31,518 nucleotides of DNA from a virus: the UHGV virus genome UHGV-0133195; one strand, 5' to 3'. This document shows, in pieces, positions 27,760-31,518 of this stretch; within the stretch, counting starts at the first letter, position 1; every line of letters begins with the position of its first letter. A program made the translations under genes and the position numbers. The notes beneath the pieces are model-generated. The model saw nothing but the letters and a program-made list of their open reading frames with translations, ran no database searches and was not told where the DNA came from.

Positions 27760-29484
27760 ATGAAACCAATTAAACGCCTGTACCTTTCCTCTGATCCGGT
27801 CCATCTGATTGACTGCAATATCGTGCTGGAGCTGAACGCGTGCGGTCGGGGGTTTATTACGGCGGGGACAGAGACAGATTACACCGGCAAAATGGTGCGG
27901 ATCGATGTTGGTTATGATGGTCTGGTCCTGCGCTGGTTTACCGGGTATGTCGAACGGTCACAGCCTGCTGATAATGGAACATGCCGGTTGTTCGTGCGTG
28001 AGCTGATCGGCATCTTTGATAAATTGTGGCCGTGTTCTTTCCAGCATCCAACGCTTCGCCAGATTACTGACTGGATAAGTGAGCAAAGCGGGCTGGCCGT
28101 CACAACGCCGGTCGGCGCTGCTTATGCAGATAAACCGATCCCCCATTTTACGCACAGCGGAACGGGCTATCAGCTTCTTGCCAGTCTGGGCCGCGCATTT
28201 ACAGTGACGGATTATCTTTGGTATCAGCTGCCGGACGGGGACGTCTTCGTCGGCGCTGCGGAGCACAGTCTTTTTGCGGGTAAGCCAGTGGAGATCCCGC
28301 ACGAATTTAGCCAGGCATCGGCGGGCGGTAATTCAATGGTTGTGCCGATGATTCAGAGCCTGCGACCAGGTGCGGAAGTGAACGGCCAGCGGGTGAATCA
28401 GGTCCGGCTAAATAACGACGACATGGCAATTACCTGGCAGCCTCGCAACAAAGCCACCGGCCAGCCATTGCAAAAATCACCGATTCAGCGGCAGATAGAA
28501 AACGCATTCCCGGAGCTGGCAAGCGGCCTGCATCTTCCAAAATTCGCCAGGGTGGAAGCACCAAGCGAGGATGTATCAGGGGGGAATATTGCCGATCCAT
28601 TCCGCCCGCGCTATGCCGTGGATCTCCAGCTGCTTGACGAAGACGGCAAGCCAGCCGCAAATACGCCGGTCTATTCTGCCGTTCCGCTACCTGTACCAAT
28701 GGCGGGCAGCGAGTCGGGAATGTTTCAGTTTCCGCCCCCTGGCACGCTGGTTGAAGTTGGATTCACTGAGGGACGGCAGGATAAGCCCTTTGTGCGCCAG
28801 ATTATGGCGGAGGGTCATAACCTGCCAGCGGTTAAACCCGGCGAGCAGTTGCAGCAACAGCGCGATGGTGTATCGCAGCGCGTGACGGTTGCCGGAGACT
28901 GGGAACGCCAGACGGACCAGACAATCCGCGAAAACTCCATGACTCGCGAAGTCACCACCGACGAAGAGATCCGCAAAGTGGTTGTCCGTGAAACTACGGT
29001 CCAGGCAACGGATAAAACAACCGTGCTTGGCACGGCCACACTTCTGGCCGGGGCGGTGGTCCATATCAGCGAGGGGGATTACAGCGTCGGCACATCCGGC
29101 AACCTGACAGTAACCTGCAGCAAGGACAATTCCGTCAGTGTTGGCCGGAACGTGAAACGGGACGTCGCGGGCAATGTAACAGACGACGTAAAAGGGAATG
29201 TCACGTCAAACGTCAGCGGCGCACTGACCGAAAAAATCAGCGGTATCCGCCGAAGTGTGGCCAAGGCGCAACAGATGATTGCCCCGGTGGTAAAACTGGG
29301 AAGCGAAGAGATTAACGTCCTGACACTACTCACCGACACCCTGGACGTGGTGAGGGAACTGGCAGAGACTGCCGCGTCACATACTCACCCCAATACAGGG
29401 GCCAGCGGGCAGGCTGCGCAGTTCACCGCAACGGCCACTAAAACCGGCACATTGAAAAGCAAATACGGTCCCCTGATAGCCTGA
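27760..29484 (+). CDS. Baseplate hub-spike protein (VgrG-like architecture)
   Basis: 574 aa; central segment MFQFPPPGTLVEVGFTEGRQDKPFV resembles the gpV/gp5 OB-fold signature; downstream repetitive GNVTDDVKGNVTSNVSG (beta-helix-like) and C-terminal SHTHPN (HxH, as at the P2 gpV spike apex). Confidence 0.55.
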   Translation: MKPIKRLYLSSDPVHLIDCNIVLELNACGRGFITAGTETDYTGKMVRIDVGYDGLVLRWFTGYVERSQPADNGTCRLFVRELIGIFDKLWPCSFQHPTLRQITDWISEQSGLAVTTPVGAAYADKPIPHFTHSGTGYQLLASLGRAFTVTDYLWYQLPDGDVFVGAAEHSLFAGKPVEIPHEFSQASAGGNSMVVPMIQSLRPGAEVNGQRVNQVRLNNDDMAITWQPRNKATGQPLQKSPIQRQIENAFPELASGLHLPKFARVEAPSEDVSGGNIADPFRPRYAVDLQLLDEDGKPAANTPVYSAVPLPVPMAGSESGMFQFPPPGTLVEVGFTEGRQDKPFVRQIMAEGHNLPAVKPGEQLQQQRDGVSQRVTVAGDWERQTDQTIRENSMTREVTTDEEIRKVVVRETTVQATDKTTVLGTATLLAGAVVHISEGDYSVGTSGNLTVTCSKDNSVSVGRNVKRDVAGNVTDDVKGNVTSNVSGALTEKISGIRRSVAKAQQMIAPVVKLGSEEINVLTLLTDTLDVVRELAETAASHTHPNTGASGQAAQFTATATKTGTLKSKYGPLIA

Positions 29485-29550
29485 CAAAAAGCGGCATAAC
29501 CGCACACCTCACCAGACACCACAGAACGCGCCACAACAGGCGCAAATATT

Positions 29551-29580
29551 AAAGGCCGCCACCGTGCGGCCTTTCTTTCG
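29551..29580 (+). terminator. Rho-independent terminator after the tail operon
   Basis: Stem AAAGGCCGC / GCGGCCTTT with 6-nt loop CACCGT followed by a T-rich tract (TTTCTTTCG). Confidence 0.6.
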
Positions 29581-29688
29581 TTCGTTCAACAGCGGCCCAC
29601 AGCGTAAGCGACAGCAGGCAGGCGGAAGCGGATCCAGGACGGAAACGGCGCTACACCGCACCCGCCTGCGCAGTTTGGATCATAAAAA

Positions 29689-29800
29689 TTTTGCAAAGGA
29701 AATTTTGTGCAAAGTACCCCGCCAGCCTGCGACGCTGCTGGGCTTTTGCATCCTGCGGGCGTTTGCACGCTGCGCAAAGATTTGCAGCACTTTGCAAAAG
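29689..29800. repeat. Array of TTTGCA / TTTGCAAA motifs, including four tandem 10-bp units
   Basis: Palindromic TTTGCAAA at 29690-29697 and 29791-29798 (third copy at 29970-29977, outside this span); TTTGCA at 29745-29750, 29762-29767 and 29781-29786; decamers gTTTGCAcgc / TGCGCAaaga / TTTGCAgcac / TTTGCAaaag at 29761-29800. Confidence 0.5.
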
Positions 29801-29993
29801 TCACCGCGCCGCCAGTTGCTAACCGACTGGATAACATGATGTTTTTAAAAGGATCGTTTTAGTTTCCGTCACGATCAAATGCGGCTAGGGGTTGTATGGG
29901 AATATTTGGCGGGAATTCTGCGAAGCCTTGCGGCGCAAGGCTTTAGGGGGAAAACTTCATGATTTGGGTTTTGCAAAATAATGCTAAGAAGGA

Positions 29994-30524
29994 TCAATCA
30001 GGTAGGCGGCCTTTAGTCACCTCAAAATCAATCAGTTTGTTTGTTTTCGTATCAAGTGTACAAGAATACGTCATATTAACTTTGGCGTTAAAACCATTGG
30101 TAAATTTCAGCTTATCGCCCACATAAACAATCTGGTTCTGTTCCGGTTTGTTAATGTACCGACTAAAGATATTTTCAAATGCACCATTGGTCCATTCGAA
30201 ATCATACTTTGAAGTTTTCTCAATAGGGCTTTTACAGGCTACCAAAGCATCAACCAAATGGGCTTCAAAAATACACTGCCCATCATTCTTATCACACACC
30301 TTAACTTTTGGCTCATCTTTGGCCGTTGCCTCTTCATCACCGCTGAAATACCAGTAACCAATCCCAGCCAGCACTAAGAGAACGATAAAACCGCCAAACG
30401 CATCGCTTGCTTTGACGCCTGGATTTTTGACACCACAATGAGGGCATGTCTTTGCCTTGGATGAAATCTCTTTTTTACACTCTTTACACTTAACCAATGC
30501 CATCTGATAAACCATCCTTTTCAT
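29994..30524 (-). CDS. AT-rich cargo gene: N-terminal zinc-ribbon, single transmembrane helix, C-terminal domain of unknown function
   Basis: CKECKK ... CPHCG zinc ribbon, hydrophobic helix FGGFIVLLVLAGIGYWYF, then about 110 aa with conserved Cys; visibly lower G+C than the phage genes; first ATG at 30524 (the track start at 30536 is a TTG). Confidence 0.55.
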   Translation of the reverse strand: MKRMVYQMALVKCKECKKEISSKAKTCPHCGVKNPGVKASDAFGGFIVLLVLAGIGYWYFSGDEEATAKDEPKVKVCDKNDGQCIFEAHLVDALVACKSPIEKTSKYDFEWTNGAFENIFSRYINKPEQNQIVYVGDKLKFTNGFNAKVNMTYSCTLDTKTNKLIDFEVTKGRLPD

Positions 30525-30703
30525 CTGGATAACCAAGAAACCGAAGTCTAACGGCTACGTGCATTCAGGAAAAGGAAAAAGCCCAGCAGTATCTGCAAGG
30601 CTTTGAGTTGGTATCACAAGGACTAACACTTCGACGTGGTCATTTTGTGGACCTATTAATATAAAAATCAATTAAAATCAATGTGTTATGTTGAATGTAA
30701 AAT

Positions 30704-30718
30704 AACAGATTGTTTTTT
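30704..30718. other. Candidate attR core (right copy of 15-bp direct repeat)
   Basis: Exact copy of 107-121; immediately adjacent to the stop codon (30719-30721) of the MurR/RpiR-family gene. Confidence 0.4.
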
Positions 30719-31468
30719 TTACGCTATTCTTTTCGCCAGCTTGCGACCGAGTGATTCCAGAATATAAATAACGGGGATCTGCGTGGTTATATCGTATACC
30801 CCGGCAATACGTGTTTGTGGAACATGCCAGGAGAGGTTAAAGTCGGCGAGTTTCGCCAGGCGAGAGTGTTCATGGCTGGTGACCGACAGAACCTTACAGT
30901 TGTGCAGACTGAACTGGCTGGCAAAGCGCAGGATCTCTTCTGTTTCACCAGATACGGAAAGCACGATCGCCAGCGCGTTTCTGGCCATGTCGTTAGTGAC
31001 CGGGAAATAAGGATCGTCAATGTGATTACTGAATTTACCGACGTTTGAGAAAAAACGTGCGCCATATTTTGCCAACGCTCCAGACGTTCCTGCTCCGACG
31101 AATATAATACGTTCGGACGATAATATAATATCAACAGCCTGATCGAGCAGTTTATCGAACTCGTCGTTATTGACGCCTTTAAAGAAACTGATAATTTCGC
31201 TGGCACCGAAATTAGCCTGTTGCGGTTCATTCTGCTCTAAATATAATTTGAAGCGCACGCGAAATTCTGAGTAACCTTCACATTTAAGCTTGCGGCAAAA
31301 GCGCAGTACGGTGGTAGTAGAAACACCCACGGCATCGGCCAGCTCGCGAATGGTCATGTACATGACTTTGTCACGGTTTTTGATGACATAGTTGTAGACC
31401 AGCATCTCAAGATTGTTGAGACTGGCGATGGCAGCGTGGGAGAACATACTCACAATGGCAAAACTCAC
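30719..31468 (-). CDS. MurR/RpiR-family transcriptional regulator (HTH plus SIS domain), probable host gene
   Basis: N-terminal HTH region (TIRELADAVGVSTTTVLRFCRKL) and SIS sugar-phosphate-binding region (IIFVGAGTSGALA); the true start may be an internal Met (for example MFSHAAIASL). Confidence 0.8.
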   Translation of the reverse strand: MSFAIVSMFSHAAIASLNNLEMLVYNYVIKNRDKVMYMTIRELADAVGVSTTTVLRFCRKLKCEGYSEFRVRFKLYLEQNEPQQANFGASEIISFFKGVNNDEFDKLLDQAVDIILSSERIIFVGAGTSGALAKYGARFFSNVGKFSNHIDDPYFPVTNDMARNALAIVLSVSGETEEILRFASQFSLHNCKVLSVTSHEHSRLAKLADFNLSWHVPQTRIAGVYDITTQIPVIYILESLGRKLAKRIA

Positions 31469-31518
31469 TCATCAGACTTCATCTACAGGGAATAATAACA
31501 TGCAGCCAAATGACATCA

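Larger units (their letters stand above)
107..30718. mobile_element. P2-like (Peduovirus-type) prophage, apparently complete, about 30.6 kb
   Basis: Contiguous integrase, C repressor, early operon with HUH replication protein, P2-type head genes (portal and terminase on minus, scaffold, capsid, small terminase and head completion on plus), tail, lysis and baseplate genes; 15-bp direct repeats at both ends; host-like gene outside the right repeat. Confidence 0.75.

Noticed and set aside
29689-29800. Possible CRISPR array suggested by the short repeats
   Set aside because: Repeat units are only about 10 bp, degenerate, and not separated by unique spacers of regular length; no cas genes in the window.
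29564-29839. Overlapping 91-aa (plus) and 83-aa (minus) ORFs in the right-end non-coding region
   Set aside because: Mutually overlapping on opposite strands, Arg/Cys-rich, no ribosome-binding site; the region is better explained by the TTTGCA motif array and terminator.
30783-31230. Plus- and minus-strand ORFs of 75 to 147 aa overlapping the MurR/RpiR-family gene
   Set aside because: Nested within a gene with clear HTH and SIS motifs; no independent support.

Overview
This window is almost entirely one integrated P2-like (Peduovirus-type) temperate myovirus prophage of about 30.6 kb in an enterobacterial chromosome, with no undescribed system I can demonstrate from sequence alone. It appears bounded by a 15-bp direct repeat (AACAGATTGTTTTTT at 107-121 and 30704-30718), the right copy abutting the stop codon of a host MurR/RpiR-family regulator gene. 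Gene order from the left: integrase and a P2 C-type repressor (minus strand), then a rightward early operon (Cox-like protein, two small ORFs, Dam-like adenine methyltransferase, small coupled ORF, C5-cytosine methyltransferase, HUH rolling-circle replication protein gpA). Next come a small ORF, a second Dam-like methyltransferase and an Ogr/Delta-type zinc-finger gene, followed by the P2-type head module (Q and P on minus; O, N, M, L on plus). The tail and lysis region is rearranged relative to P2: completion proteins, putative sheath and tube, a lysis cassette, a tail chaperone with a -1 frameshift site, tape measure, baseplate genes, a mosaic tail fiber and assembly protein, two uncharacterised ORFs and a VgrG-like hub-spike protein. 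The prophage ends with a non-coding region carrying a TTTGCAAA motif array and an AT-rich cargo gene. The best candidates for something new are the three-methyltransferase complement, the A-to-Q accessory slot, the two ORFs after the fiber assembly gene, the TTTGCA array and the right-end cargo gene. All protein calls rest on motifs read by eye and recalled family knowledge; no database search was run.
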